Under the pieces are notes generated by a model. The model did no database searches, was not told the origin of the DNA, and saw only the letters and a list, made by a program, of their open reading frames with translations. DNA of 64,000 nt from an uncultured Clostridia bacterium (GTDB lineage Bacteria; Bacillota; Clostridia; TANB77; CAG-508), in the NCBI GenBank assembly GCA_944391835.1, contig CALXVA010000001.1:3897-67896 (forward strand), given 5' to 3'. Shown here one piece after another: positions 54,376-64,000 of the stretch. The position numbers and the translations under genes are program-made. Each line of letters starts with the position of its first letter. The first letter of the stretch is position 1.

Positions 54376-54576
54376 TTATTTATTTTCTGCTAATTTTCTT
54401 TCAGTTAAAACTGTTTTTATTCTTGCTATGTCTTTCTTAACTTCTTTTATTTTCATAGGATTATCTAATCCATGAGTTGCTAAGCTAAATCTTAGTTTAA
54501 ATAACTCTGATTTTAATTCTCCTAATTCTTTTTCTAAGTCAGGTGAAGACATTTCTTTTATTTTATTTATCTTCAT
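54376..54576 (-). CDS. rpmC: 50S ribosomal protein L29
   Basis: [38 protein letters not shown]. Confidence 0.9.
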   Translation of the reverse strand: MKINKIKEMSSPDLEKELGELKSELFKLRFSLATHGLDNPMKIKEVKKDIARIKTVLTERKLAENK

Positions 54577-55006
54577 CTATTTCACCACCTATTTCAGTTT
54601 CCTTTTGTACAAATTTGCACTTTACAGATAGTTTGTTTGCAGCAAGTCTTAAAGCTTCTTTTGCAACGTCTTCTGTAACGTCTGCAAGTTCAAACAATAT
54701 TCTACCTGGTTTTACATTTGCTACCCAAAATTCAACAGCACCTTTACCTTTACCCATACGAGTACCAATAGGTTTTCTTGTAATTGGTTTGTCTGGGAAT
54801 ATTTTTATCCAAACTTTACCACCTCTTTTAATGTAACGTGTCATTGCAACACGGGCAGCTTCTATTTGGTTTGATGTGATTTGACCAGCTTCTAAAGCTT
54901 GTAATCCATATAATCCATCTGTTACTCTATTTCCTCTTGTAGCTTTTCCTCTATTTCTACCTTTTTGTTGTTTTCTATATTTTGTTCTTTTTGGTATTAA
55001 TGGCAT
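54563..55006 (-). CDS. rplP: 50S ribosomal protein L16
   Basis: [25 protein letters not shown]. Confidence 0.95.
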   Translation of the reverse strand: MPLIPKRTKYRKQQKGRNRGKATRGNRVTDGLYGLQALEAGQITSNQIEAARVAMTRYIKRGGKVWIKIFPDKPITRKPIGTRMGKGKGAVEFWVANVKPGRILFELADVTEDVAKEALRLAANKLSVKCKFVQKETEIGGEIDEDK

Positions 55007-55668
55007 TATTTGTCTCCTCCTTCCACTACTTTCTTTTTAGTAGGAAGAACTTCTCCTTTATATATCCAAACTTTTACACCGATTTTTCCATAAGTTGTAT
55101 CTGCTTCTGCAAATCCATAATCTATATCAGCTCTTAAAGTTTGAAGTGGAATAGTTCCTTCTTTATAGAATTCAGTTCTAGCCATATCCGCTCCACCTAA
55201 TCTACCAGATACTGCAGTTTTTATTCCTAAAGCACCTGCTTTCATAGTTTTTTGCATACATTGTTTCATAGCTCTTCTGAAAGATATTCTTCTTTCTAGT
55301 TGTCCTGCTATATTTTCTGCAACTAATTGAGCATCTAAGTCTATATTTTTAACCTCAACTATATTTAAGTTTACTTCCTTCTTAATCATTTTTTCAAGCT
55401 CTGCTTTTAAGCTTTCAGCTAAGTTTCCACCTTTTCCTATTATAATTCCTGGTTTAGCTGCATAAACATTCACTCTAACAAATTTAGCTGTTCTTTCAAT
55501 CTCTATTTTAGAAATTCCAGCTGCATATAATTTTTTCTTAACATACACACGGATTTTATGATCTTCTACTAGGTAATCTCCAAAATCTTTCTTGTCTGCA
55601 TACCATTTAGAATTCCAGTCTTTTATAACACCAACTCTTAATCCATGTGGATCCATTTTTTGTCCCAT
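55006..55668 (-). CDS. rpsC: 30S ribosomal protein S3
   Basis: [24 protein letters not shown]; KH domain. Confidence 0.95.
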   Translation of the reverse strand: MGQKMDPHGLRVGVIKDWNSKWYADKKDFGDYLVEDHKIRVYVKKKLYAAGISKIEIERTAKFVRVNVYAAKPGIIIGKGGNLAESLKAELEKMIKKEVNLNIVEVKNIDLDAQLVAENIAGQLERRISFRRAMKQCMQKTMKAGALGIKTAVSGRLGGADMARTEFYKEGTIPLQTLRADIDYGFAEADTTYGKIGVKVWIYKGEVLPTKKKVVEGGDK

Positions 55669-55695
55669 TTTGTAAATGTCCTCCTTTCCTTTCTA

Positions 55696-56055
55696 CTAAT
55701 CTCTCTCTTTTAATATTATTGTTACATGGCTTGTTCTTTTTCTAATTCTAACTGCTGAACCTTTTGCTGCAGGTCTTATTCTTTTTAATGTTGGACCTTG
55801 GTTTGCAAATATATCAGCAACATATAATTTTTCATGAGCCATGTGATGGTTATTTTCAGCATTTGCTATAGCTGATTTTAATAATTTTTCTAACATTTCT
55901 GATGAAGCTTTTGGTGTGTATTTTAAAATTGCTAAAGCTTCATTTATATCTTTACCTTTAATTAAATCTGCTACAATTTTAACTTTTCTTGAAGAAATTC
56001 TAGCATATTTAAGAGTAGCTTCTGCTTGTGGTATTATTTCTTGCTTTGCTTCCAC
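55696..56055 (-). CDS. rplV: 50S ribosomal protein L22
   Basis: AEATLKYARISSRKVKIVADLIKG. Confidence 0.95.
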   Translation of the reverse strand: MEAKQEIIPQAEATLKYARISSRKVKIVADLIKGKDINEALAILKYTPKASSEMLEKLLKSAIANAENNHHMAHEKLYVADIFANQGPTLKRIRPAAKGSAVRIRKRTSHVTIILKERD

Positions 56056-56088
56056 TTCTCATTCCCTCCTTAATTTATTATCTCTATC

Positions 56089-56370
56089 TTACTTTGTTGT
56101 TGTAGTTGTTTTCTCTCCTGAATGTCCTTTAAATGTTCTTGTTGGTGCAAACTCACCTAATTTATGTCCTATCATTTCTTCTGAAATATATACTGGTACA
56201 TGTTTTCTTCCATCATGTACAGCTATTGTATGTCCAACCATTTGTGGATATATTGTAGAAGCTCTAGACCATGTCTTTATTACTTCTTTTTTTCCACTTT
56301 CATTCATTGCTTCAATTCTTTTTAAAAGTTCTGGTGCAACAAATGGAGCTTTTTTGCTTGATCTTGACAT
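56089..56370 (-). CDS. rpsS: 30S ribosomal protein S19
   Basis: [20 protein letters not shown]...[16 protein letters not shown]. Confidence 0.95.
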   Translation of the reverse strand: MSRSSKKAPFVAPELLKRIEAMNESGKKEVIKTWSRASTIYPQMVGHTIAVHDGRKHVPVYISEEMIGHKLGEFAPTRTFKGHSGEKTTTTTK

Positions 56371-56395
56371 TTAACTATTCCTCCTTTATAAGATT

Positions 56396-57223
56396 TTATT
56401 TTCTTCTCTTAACCATGAATTTATCTGTTCTATTATTTTTCTTTCTTGTCTTATATCCAAGTGCTGGTTTACCCCAAGGTGTCATTGGTCCTGCGTGTCC
56501 AACTGGAGCTCTACCTTCACCACCACCATGTGGGTGATCTACTGGGTTCATAACAGAACCTCTAACTGTTGGTCTCCATCCCATGTGTCTTTTTCTACCA
56601 GCTTTACCAAGTTTAACATTTTCATGTTCTTGGTTTCCAACTGTACCCACTGTAGCTTTACATACAGACATTACAAGTCTCATTTCTCCTGATGGTAATC
56701 TTACGTGAGCATATTTTCCTTCCTTAGCCATTAATTGTGCTTCTTGTCCGGCAGCTCTAACTAATTTTCCACCTTGACCCGGATTTAATTCTATGTTGTG
56801 AATCATAGTACCAACTGGTATATTCTCGATTCTCATACAATTTCCTGGTTTAATATCTGCTTTATCTCCAGATATTACTGTTGCACCATCTGTTAATCCT
56901 ACTGGTGCTAATATATATGCCTTTTCTCCATCTTCATATTGAATTAGAGCTATATTTGCGCTTCTATTTGGATCATATTCTATACCAATAACTGTTGCTG
57001 GCATATCTACTTTATTTCTTTTAAAATCAATTATTCTATATTTTTGTCTATTTCCTCCACCTTGATGTCTAACTGTGATTTTACCTTGTGCATTTCTTCC
57101 TGCTTTTTCTTTCTTTGTTGTAATTAAAGATTTTTCAGGAGTTTTTTTAGTAATTTCACTATAATCTAAAACTGTCATGTTTCTTCTTGATGGTGTATAG
57201 GCTTTGAAATGTTTCATTCCCAT
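56396..57223 (-). CDS. rplB: 50S ribosomal protein L2
   Basis: [21 protein letters not shown]...[10 protein letters not shown]. Confidence 0.95.
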   Translation of the reverse strand: MGMKHFKAYTPSRRNMTVLDYSEITKKTPEKSLITTKKEKAGRNAQGKITVRHQGGGNRQKYRIIDFKRNKVDMPATVIGIEYDPNRSANIALIQYEDGEKAYILAPVGLTDGATVISGDKADIKPGNCMRIENIPVGTMIHNIELNPGQGGKLVRAAGQEAQLMAKEGKYAHVRLPSGEMRLVMSVCKATVGTVGNQEHENVKLGKAGRKRHMGWRPTVRGSVMNPVDHPHGGGEGRAPVGHAGPMTPWGKPALGYKTRKKNNRTDKFMVKRRK

Positions 57224-57237
57224 TTTTTTCTCCTCTC

Positions 57238-57624
57238 TCGAATTTATGAAAAACTTCGTCTTACGTTGTCAATCTTCGCAAATGTTTCCTCGATATACAC
57301 TCGTATTATCTCGTCAACATTATACTCGATTTCCTAGTAATACTCGTTTTTGCTAAATTCTCTACTCTACTTTCTTAATAAATTTACGGATTTTTTCCTG
57401 CTCCGTATTGCAGATAAAATTTATTTTCCGGGTTATTTCCCGATAGTTTTTTACAATTATAAAACGGATTTAAATCACGCCGTCTTTTAACTCCACTTTC
57501 CTAAGACAAATCAAAAATGGTAGATTGCTAGGAAAACAAGTAAAAATTTTTGAGATAGTACTTTGTGTACATCGAAAAAATTTTTATGAAGTTTGACAAC
57601 GCAAGATGCCGTTTTTCATTTGTC
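57238..57624. repeat. 400-bp rplW-rplB spacer holding two family 3 elements in opposite orientation (57238-57353 inverted; 57505-57624 direct) around a further hairpin segment
   Basis: 57238 tcgaatttatgaaaaacttcgtcttacgttgtcaatcttcgc...tcctagtaatactcgtttttg is the reverse complement of the family consensus; 57505 ctaagacaaatcaaaaatggtagattgctaggaaaacaagtaaaaatttttgagatagtactttgtgtacatcgaaaaaatttttatgaagtttgacaacgcaagatgccgtttttcatttgtcttaag with 17-bp TIR. Confidence 0.85.
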
Positions 57625-57972
57625 TTAAGCTCCCATAAATTCATCAATAGAATCTTTATACTTCTTACTTAATTTAACTTCTTTTCCACCTTTAGCAAGG
57701 TAAGATTTTTCTGAAGCATTTGTATCTATTGTAACGATTGCTTTTTTCCAGTCAGATGTTTTTCCAACATTTCTTCCAACTCTTTTTTCTTTTCCTTTAA
57801 CCATTACTGTATTAACATTTAATACCTTAACTTCAAATAATTTTTCTACAGCATTTTTTATGTCTATTTTTGTAGCTTTTTTATTTACTTTAAAAGTGTA
57901 CTTTCCTTCTTGTATTCCATCGCTACTTTTTTCAGTAACAACTGGAGCTATTATTATATCTTCTGCCACCAT
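57625..57972 (-). CDS. rplW: 50S ribosomal protein L23 (with ~20-aa C-terminal extension)
   Basis: [24 protein letters not shown]; 115 aa against the usual ~95. Confidence 0.9.
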   Translation of the reverse strand: MVAEDIIIAPVVTEKSSDGIQEGKYTFKVNKKATKIDIKNAVEKLFEVKVLNVNTVMVKGKEKRVGRNVGKTSDWKKAIVTIDTNASEKSYLAKGGKEVKLSKKYKDSIDEFMGA

Positions 57973-58595
57973 TATGCGTACACCTCCTCTAATTTTTTAA
58001 CAGTATCTAATGTAATAACAAGATTTTTGTATTTTAATAAATCATATACATTTATTGTATTTACTAGAGTTGTTTTTACTCCTTCAATATTTCTTGCTGA
58101 TTTTTGTACTGTTTCATTCTTTTCTGGTAATAGGATTAATGTTTTTCCTTCTACCTTTAGGTTGTCTAAAGCTTTAACCATTTCTTTAGTTTTAATTTCT
58201 TTTAATGGTAAGCTATCTACAACTACTAATTCTTTTTCTAATACTTTTGAGCTTAAGCAAGATTTAATTGCTAATCTCTTTTCTTTCTTATTTACAGTAT
58301 ATTTGTATGAACGAGGTTTTGGACCTAAAGCTATACCACCTTTAATCCATTGTGGAGCTCTAATGCTTCCTTGTCTTGCTCTACCTGTTCCTTTTTGTCT
58401 CCAAGGTTTTCTACCACCACCACTAACTTCTGCTCTTGTTTTAGTGCTTTGTGTACCTTGTCTTTGATTAGCTAAAAAGTTAACTAAAACGCTATGTACA
58501 ACAGCTTCATTTGGTTCAATACCAAATATTTCGTCTTTTAAGTCAACTGTGCTAACTTTTTTACCTTGTATATCATATACATCTATTTTAGGCAT
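57972..58595 (-). CDS. rplD: 50S ribosomal protein L4
   Basis: [34 protein letters not shown]. Confidence 0.95.
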   Translation of the reverse strand: MPKIDVYDIQGKKVSTVDLKDEIFGIEPNEAVVHSVLVNFLANQRQGTQSTKTRAEVSGGGRKPWRQKGTGRARQGSIRAPQWIKGGIALGPKPRSYKYTVNKKEKRLAIKSCLSSKVLEKELVVVDSLPLKEIKTKEMVKALDNLKVEGKTLILLPEKNETVQKSARNIEGVKTTLVNTINVYDLLKYKNLVITLDTVKKLEEVYA

Positions 58596-58613
58596 TTCGT
58601 TTCTCCTCCTTCT

Positions 58614-59246
58614 CTATTTTGATTTTACACTTGATTTTAATTTTAGTATTGCACCTTTTGCTCCTGGCACACTACCTTTAACTAATATTACGTTTTTGTC
58701 TAAATCTACTCTTACAACTTCTAGGTTTAATATTGATATTGTTTGAGCTCCCATGTGTCCTGGTAATCTCTTACCTTTGAAAACTCTACCTGGTGTTGAT
58801 GTTGGTCCCATTGAACCTGGTCTTCTATGATACATAGAACCATGTCCCATTGGTCCTCTAGATTGTCCATGACGTTTAATAACACCTTGGAAACCTTTTC
58901 CTTTTGAAGTTCCTTGAATATCTATTTTATCTCCAGCTGTGAATATGTCAGCTTTTAATTCTTGACCAACTGTTAAACCTTCTACTGAATTTAATCTAAA
59001 TTCTCTTAAATGTTTTTTAGGTGTAACATTTACTTTTGTAAAATGTCCTTTTGCAGGTTTTGTTAATTTCTTTTCTTTGATATCTCCAAATCCTAATTGA
59101 ACTGCTTGATATCCATCTGTTTCTACTGTTTTTACTTGTGCTACAACACAAGGTCCAGCTTCTATAACTGTTACTGGAATAACTTTTCCTGACTCATCAA
59201 ATATTTGAGTCATACCGATTTTCTTTCCGATTAATCCTTTATTCAT
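58614..59246 (-). CDS. rplC: 50S ribosomal protein L3
   Basis: [33 protein letters not shown]. Confidence 0.95.
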   Translation of the reverse strand: MNKGLIGKKIGMTQIFDESGKVIPVTVIEAGPCVVAQVKTVETDGYQAVQLGFGDIKEKKLTKPAKGHFTKVNVTPKKHLREFRLNSVEGLTVGQELKADIFTAGDKIDIQGTSKGKGFQGVIKRHGQSRGPMGHGSMYHRRPGSMGPTSTPGRVFKGKRLPGHMGAQTISILNLEVVRVDLDKNVILVKGSVPGAKGAILKLKSSVKSK

Positions 59247-59322
59247 TTTTTCCTCCTAACTATTGGCTGATATATTGTATTGCATTTTAAAAATGTTATA
59301 CCAGCTTGGTTTTGATTAATTC

Positions 59323-59655
59323 TTATAACTTAATTTCTATATCTACACCTGCTGGTAAATCTATTTTCTTTAGATTGTCAACAGTTTTTTGTGTAGGATA
59401 AAGAATATCAATAACTCTTTTGTGTGTTCTCATTTCAAATTGTTCTCTTGAATCTTTGTGTTTGTGTGGAGAACGTAAAATTGTTATAACTTCTTTTTCT
59501 GTTGGTAATGGAATAGGACCAGATACTTTTGCTCCTGTTTTTTTAGCAGTATCTACTATTATTTGAGCAGACTGTTCTAAAACAACGTGATCATAAGCCT
59601 TTAATCTTATTCTAATTTTTTCGCTTGTTACAGCATTTTCCTTCTTTGTTGCCAT
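59323..59655 (-). CDS. rpsJ: 30S ribosomal protein S10
   Basis: [39 protein letters not shown]. Confidence 0.95.
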   Translation of the reverse strand: MATKKENAVTSEKIRIRLKAYDHVVLEQSAQIIVDTAKKTGAKVSGPIPLPTEKEVITILRSPHKHKDSREQFEMRTHKRVIDILYPTQKTVDNLKKIDLPAGVDIEIKL

Positions 59656-59891
59656 TTAAAAATTCCCTCCTTAATATAATTTATTAGTCGGTCGGAAGTT
59701 ATAAACGCACCCTGGTGTTTTGAATGTCACCAATATAAAAACCCAAGTTATGCATGATTTTCTTGGGATAAGTGCTTGATTTTATACTTACCGCCTTGGT
59801 CTTTGCCACGACATACTCCATAAGAGTTCCCTCCATCAACGCTTAGAACCCCAAGCATTGTGTAGCCACATCTTACTTCATCGCCAAATTC

Positions 59892-59920
59892 ATGCTTAAA
59901 TATTATATAATGAATAAAGC
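59892..59920 (-). promoter_or_regulatory. sigma-A-type promoter of the S10 operon (TTGACT-17-TATAAT) followed by a ~230-nt structured leader (59656-59884)
   Basis: minus-strand read: TTGACTtttggctttattcattaTATAAT; the leader is noticeably more GC-rich than surrounding spacers and has several stems (gcttgggg...cccaagaa). Confidence 0.6.
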
Positions 59921-59958
59921 CAAAAGTCAACACTTTTGGCTAATTTTTCTAAAATTAC

Positions 59959-59987
59959 CCCCTCCCTATTGAATTTTACTTCCATTT
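59959..59987 (+). promoter_or_regulatory. candidate sigma-A promoter for asnS (TTGAAT-17-TATAAT)
   Basis: ttgaattttacttccattttatgtataat ~45 nt upstream of the asnS ATG; leader too short for a T-box. Confidence 0.5.
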
Positions 59988-60035
59988 TATGTATAATAGT
60001 CCCATACATTTTAAATTAAGAAGGGATGATGTATT

Positions 60036-61427
60036 ATGGATACTACTTTAGTAAAAAACTTGTACAGAAACATTGATGAGTACGACCAAAAAGAAGTTAA
60101 GCTATCTGGTTGGGTACGTACATTAAGAGATTCTAAAAATTTTGGATTTATTGAATTAAATGATGGAAGCTTTTTTAAAAACGTTCAAATCGTTTTTGAT
60201 GATAAATTAAATAATTTTGAGGAAATTAGAAAATTGTCTATTAGTTCTTCTATAATAGTAGAAGGACAAGTTGTAAAAACAGAAAATGCGAAACAACCTT
60301 TTGAGATAAAAGCTAGCAAAATTGATGTAGTAAATCTAGCAGATTTAGATTACCCACTTCAAAAGAAAAAACATTCTTTTGAATACTTAAGAACTATTGC
60401 ACATTTGCGTCCAAGAACAAATACATTCAATGCAGTATTTAGAGTAAGGTCTGTACTTTCTTATGCAATACACAAATTCTTTCAAGAAAAAGGATTTGTA
60501 TATGTTCATACTCCAATAATTACAGGTAGTGACTGTGAGGGTGCCGGAGAAATGTTTAGAGTTACTTCATTAGATATGGACAACCTACCTAAAGCAGAAG
60601 ATGGAAGTGTAGATTTTTCTCAAGACTTTTTTGGAAAATCTTCTCATTTGACAGTTAGTGGACAACTTGATGTAGAAACTTTTGCACATGCATTTAGAAA
60701 TGTGTATACATTTGGGCCTACTTTTAGAGCCGAAAACTCAAACACTGTAAAGCATGCTGCAGAATTTTGGATGATAGAGCCAGAAATATGCTTTGCAGAT
60801 TTAAACGACGATATGGATTTAGCAGAAGAAATGATTAAGTACATTATTACTTATGTTAGAGAAAATGCTCCTGAAGAAATGGAATTCTTTAATAAGTTTA
60901 TTGATACAGGATTATTTGAGAAATTAGATAATGTAGTAAATTCTGATTTTGGAAGAATTACATATACTGATGCAATTAAAGAACTAGAAAAAGTAAACGA
61001 CAAATTCGAATTTCCTGTTCACTGGGGAACTGATATTCAAACAGAGCATGAAAGATATTTAAGTGAAGTTGTATTTAAACGTCCTGTATTTGTTACAGAT
61101 TACCCAACCGAAATTAAAGCCTTTTATATGAAGCAAAATTCTGATGGAAAAACAGTTGCCGCAGCTGATTTATTAGTTGCAGGAATCGGAGAAATAATTG
61201 GTGGTAGCCAAAGAGAAGATGATTTTGAAAAACTATCTAAGAGAATGAAAGAATTAAACCTTTCTGAAGAAGATTATTGGTGGTACCTAGACTTACGTAA
61301 ATATGGTAGTTGTCCACATTCAGGTTTCGGTTTGGGATTTGAAAGAATGATGATGTATTTAACAGGTATTCAAAATATTAGAGACGTGCTACCTTTCCCA
61401 AGGACACCAAAGAATTGCGAATTTTAA
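60036..61427 (+). CDS. asnS: asparagine--tRNA ligase
   Basis: N-terminal OB fold [25 protein letters not shown]; class II motifs [25 protein letters not shown]. Confidence 0.9.
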   Translation: MDTTLVKNLYRNIDEYDQKEVKLSGWVRTLRDSKNFGFIELNDGSFFKNVQIVFDDKLNNFEEIRKLSISSSIIVEGQVVKTENAKQPFEIKASKIDVVNLADLDYPLQKKKHSFEYLRTIAHLRPRTNTFNAVFRVRSVLSYAIHKFFQEKGFVYVHTPIITGSDCEGAGEMFRVTSLDMDNLPKAEDGSVDFSQDFFGKSSHLTVSGQLDVETFAHAFRNVYTFGPTFRAENSNTVKHAAEFWMIEPEICFADLNDDMDLAEEMIKYIITYVRENAPEEMEFFNKFIDTGLFEKLDNVVNSDFGRITYTDAIKELEKVNDKFEFPVHWGTDIQTEHERYLSEVVFKRPVFVTDYPTEIKAFYMKQNSDGKTVAAADLLVAGIGEIIGGSQREDDFEKLSKRMKELNLSEEDYWWYLDLRKYGSCPHSGFGLGFERMMMYLTGIQNIRDVLPFPRTPKNCEF

Positions 61428-61460
61428 TGTTAAAAATTTGATATATATATAATTTATAGT

Positions 61461-61497
61461 ATGGGGCAGATATTTTCTGCTCCATTATTATTTTTGT
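61461..61497 (+). terminator. rho-independent terminator after asnS
   Basis: atGGGGCAGAtattttCTGCTCCattattatttttgttt. Confidence 0.6.
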
Positions 61498-61679
61498 TTA
61501 TGTCTGTTTTCTATCTATAAAGCCTTTTTTCATTCATTTACCAAAATTCACATCAAATAAAATTTTCTAAAAGCCCTGTAATTTGCCTTTTTCCCCTATT
61601 AGTAGTATAATATAAGTATGCTATATTTTTATAGTTGTATAGTGAACAGAAACACCAAATAAAGAAATGAGGTAACAAC

Positions 61680-62162
61680 ATGAGTGAAATCTACAAAATT
61701 GAGCTACCCTTGTATCGTGACGTTCCTCGGAGTTTTCGGAGTTTCATCTCCGAACTCTCCAAATCCGATGTAGAGCTCTGCAACTTGGCCAATTACATGG
61801 TCAAGTTTGAAACCACCACAAAAGGTGAAGAACGTTTGACGTTCTATCCGTTTCTCAGCACGGCTGACGAAAAGCTAAAAAAGGCATCAATACCTGTCAG
61901 AATGTTGTGTAACAACTTGAAACTTCCTACTGTTAGGGAGAGAAAGCAAATCAGCCTGTTCGCGACGAAATTCAACATGCTCTCATCAGTGGTGGGAGCT
62001 CGAAGAAGCCGGAAGTGCGTCTTCCGAATCGGAATTACCGAAATCACCCTCGAAAATGAGGGTAAGTACCCAAAGGCCAAAGCTATACTAACCGTCATTT
62101 TTGAGACAAAGGAATTGGCTTTGTCTATGGCTGTCGACAACCTATTTAAGGTCCTCAGCTGA
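61680..62162 (+). CDS. hypothetical 160-aa protein encoded by a compositionally foreign (much more GC-rich) segment
   Basis: RBS GAGGT; codon usage (CTC, TCC, GTC, CGG, GCC) unlike every other gene in the window; no family recognised. Confidence 0.55.
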   Translation: MSEIYKIELPLYRDVPRSFRSFISELSKSDVELCNLANYMVKFETTTKGEERLTFYPFLSTADEKLKKASIPVRMLCNNLKLPTVRERKQISLFATKFNMLSSVVGARRSRKCVFRIGITEITLENEGKYPKAKAILTVIFETKELALSMAVDNLFKVLS

Positions 62163-62202
62163 ATCTCTGTTCACCCAGGTAGCTTATTAGTTTAAGCGCC
62201 CG

Positions 62203-62245
62203 AAAAACCACCATACTTTCATAGTATGGTGGCTCTAATTTTTAT
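62203..62245. terminator. bidirectional rho-independent terminator shared by the foreign ORF (+) and spoVG (-)
   Basis: aaaaaCCACCATACTttcatAGTATGGTGGctctaattttta; T-run on + side, A-run on the other. Confidence 0.7.
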
Positions 62246-62250
62246 ATTTA

Positions 62251-62535
62251 TTATTCTGCTGAATTGTTTTCAGCTTCAGGAGCTTCATAAGCTTCTAATA
62301 TAGCTTTTTGAATTTTCTCTCTTGTCTCTGGATTTATTGGATGAGCTATATCTTTGAATTCTCCGTTTGGAGTTTTTCTGCTAGGCATAGCTATAAATAA
62401 TCCATCTTGACTCTCGATAACTTTTATGTCGTGTACAACGAACTCATTATCGAATGTTACAGAAGCAACAGCTTTCATTCTGTTCTCTGAATTTACTTTT
62501 CTTAAACGTACATCTGTTATTTGCATATTGCGCAC
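62251..62535 (-). CDS. spoVG: septation protein SpoVG
   Basis: [65 protein letters not shown]. Confidence 0.9.
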   Translation of the reverse strand: MRNMQITDVRLRKVNSENRMKAVASVTFDNEFVVHDIKVIESQDGLFIAMPSRKTPNGEFKDIAHPINPETREKIQKAILEAYEAPEAENNSAE

Positions 62536-62769
62536 CTCTTTCTTAAAGTTTTAAAAATATTTGTACATTAGTTGTCATTTGTGACTATTTTCTATGTACT
62601 ACTATATTATTCTCCAAAAACATTTTTTTTCCTTCTATTTTTTATATTTTTCTACAAATTATTTATTTCACAAAATCCCACTTTTATCATATACTATATT
62701 GAAAATATTCAAAAAAAAGTATATAATAGGTATGATTTAGGCTTTATATAAGTATAGGGAGTGTTCAAA

Positions 62770-64000
62770 ATGATAGAAATTGAAGATTTAAAACCATATA
62801 AACACATACACCTTATAGGAATTGGTGGAGTAAGCATGAGCGGTATTGCAGAAATTTTACATGCTTGTGGCTTTATAGTTACAGGTTCTGATGCTTCTCA
62901 ATCAGAGAATACAGATAGACTTATAAAAAACCATATTCCTGTTAAAATAGGTCATGATTTAGAGAACTTGGAAAAAGCTAATTTAGTTGTTTATAGCGCT
63001 GCTATAAACAAAGACGATGTAGAATTAGTTAGAGCTAAAGAATTAAATATTCCTATGATAGAAAGAGGTACTTTTTTAGGAATACTAACAAAATCTTTTA
63101 AGAATACTATCTGTGTTTCAGGTACTCATGGAAAAACAACTACAACTTCTATGATTTCGTTATGTTTTTTGGAAGCTGGAAAAGATCCCTCTATCCAAGT
63201 AGGTGCTTATTTAAAACAATTAGATGCAAATTATAGAGTTGGAAAAAGTGACTACTTTATAATAGAAGCTTGTGAATATGTAGAAAGTTATTTAAAACTA
63301 TTTCCAAAAGTTGAAGTTATTTTAAACATAGACAATGATCATTTAGATTATTTTGGAAGCTTAGAAAATATTGTTACATCATTTAGTAATTACATAAAGC
63401 TTATACCCGATGATGGACTTTTAGTTATAAACTGGGACGATGATAATTGCAGAAAGATTGCCAAATATACTAATGCTAAAGTATTAACATATGGCATCAA
63501 AAATGAAAATGCAAATTTTGTTGCTAGAAATATTGTTTTTAATAATAACGGATTTCCTACTTTTGATGTATATTATAACAATACATTCTATAAAACAATA
63601 ACATTGTCTATTCCTGGAATGCATAATGTTATGAACGCACTTGCTTGTATTGCAGTATGTTATAATTACGGTTTGGAAAGGGAAGATATAAAAAATGCAT
63701 TATTAAAATATACAGGTGCACATAGAAGGTTTGAGTATAAAGGTAGTTTCAATGATGTAAATGTCTATGATGATTATGGCCATCATCCTACTGAAATTAT
63801 CGCTACTTCAAATGCTTTAAAGCAAAAAAAGTACAATAAATCTTGGGTAATTTTTCAACCTCATACATATAGTAGAACTAAAAATTTACTAAACGATTTT
63901 GCAAAAGCTCTAATAAATTTTGATAACATAATAGTTACAGATATTTATGCAGCTAGAGAAAGCAATACTTACAATATATCTTCTAAGGATTTAGTAGATA
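62770..64000 (+). CDS. murC: UDP-N-acetylmuramate--L-alanine ligase MurC (5' partial; runs past window end)
   Basis: own translation: IHLIGIGGVSMSGIAEIL, CVSGTHGKTTTTSMIS, HHPTEI; no stop before 64000. Confidence 0.85.
   Translation, partial: MIEIEDLKPYKHIHLIGIGGVSMSGIAEILHACGFIVTGSDASQSENTDRLIKNHIPVKIGHDLENLEKANLVVYSAAINKDDVELVRAKELNIPMIERGTFLGILTKSFKNTICVSGTHGKTTTTSMISLCFLEAGKDPSIQVGAYLKQLDANYRVGKSDYFIIEACEYVESYLKLFPKVEVILNIDNDHLDYFGSLENIVTSFSNYIKLIPDDGLLVINWDDDNCRKIAKYTNAKVLTYGIKNENANFVARNIVFNNNGFPTFDVYYNNTFYKTITLSIPGMHNVMNALACIAVCYNYGLEREDIKNALLKYTGAHRRFEYKGSFNDVNVYDDYGHHPTEIIATSNALKQKKYNKSWVIFQPHTYSRTKNLLNDFAKALINFDNIIVTDIYAARESNTYNISSKDLVD

Noticed and set aside
44930-57624. Possibility that the recurring ~115-bp repeats form a CRISPR array
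   Set aside because: Repeat units are ~115 bp and imperfect, occur in both orientations, and are separated by full-length essential genes of varying size rather than 30-40-bp spacers. No cas genes are present.
59748-59933. 61-aa ORF upstream of rpsJ
   Set aside because: It lies wholly within the putative S10 leader and overlaps the promoter. It has no RBS and an atypical composition, so it is more plausibly non-coding structured RNA.
59988-60035. T-box riboswitch upstream of asnS
   Set aside because: The distance from the candidate promoter to the ATG is only ~45 nt, far too short for a T-box leader. No specifier or antiterminator motifs were seen.

Overview
AT-rich chromosomal segment from an endospore-forming low-GC Firmicute, judged Clostridia-like from gene content (spoVT, spoVG, sepF/divIVA, cdaA plus disA) and from the composition as read by eye. 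Nearly all genes are on the minus strand. Reading order is: a partial Tad/Flp-like pilus assembly locus; a frameshifted truA; cdaA; a cyclophilin-type PPIase; disA-radA; an IS200/RayT-like Y1 transposase embedded among REP-like hairpin repeats; a GH15 glycoside hydrolase; a beta-CASP MBL-fold RNase; ftsK; rsmD; divIVA; sepF; miaA; mutL; two tandem Cys/Asn-rich micropeptide genes; tRNA-Gln; the glycolytic operon gap-pgk-tpiA-gpmI-eno, interrupted by an orphan DUF600/EsaG-like immunity gene and by repeats; spoVT; a stand-alone KAP P-loop NTPase; comFC; recD2 broken by two frameshifts; the complete alpha/spc/S10 ribosomal-protein superoperon (rplQ ... rpsJ, no rpmD); asnS; a compositionally foreign ORF; spoVG; and the 5' part of murC. 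The main unexplained structure is small non-coding repeats. At least three families are present: a ~115-bp MITE-like element with imperfect terminal inverted repeats, present in at least 9 copies in both orientations inside spacers of the ribosomal-protein superoperon and in the glycolytic operon; a ~50-bp nested-hairpin REP family (CCTGTCAC...GTGCCAAATGGCAC...GTGACAGG) clustered around the RayT-like transposase; and a ~33-bp hairpin family (GTGGACAAAGG-loop-CCTTTGTCCAC) occurring as pairs and reading into the ends of several coding sequences. All three frameshifts (one in truA, two in recD2) are the same lesion, an extra C immediately 5' of a GGA glycine codon. No CRISPR array or rRNA gene is present.
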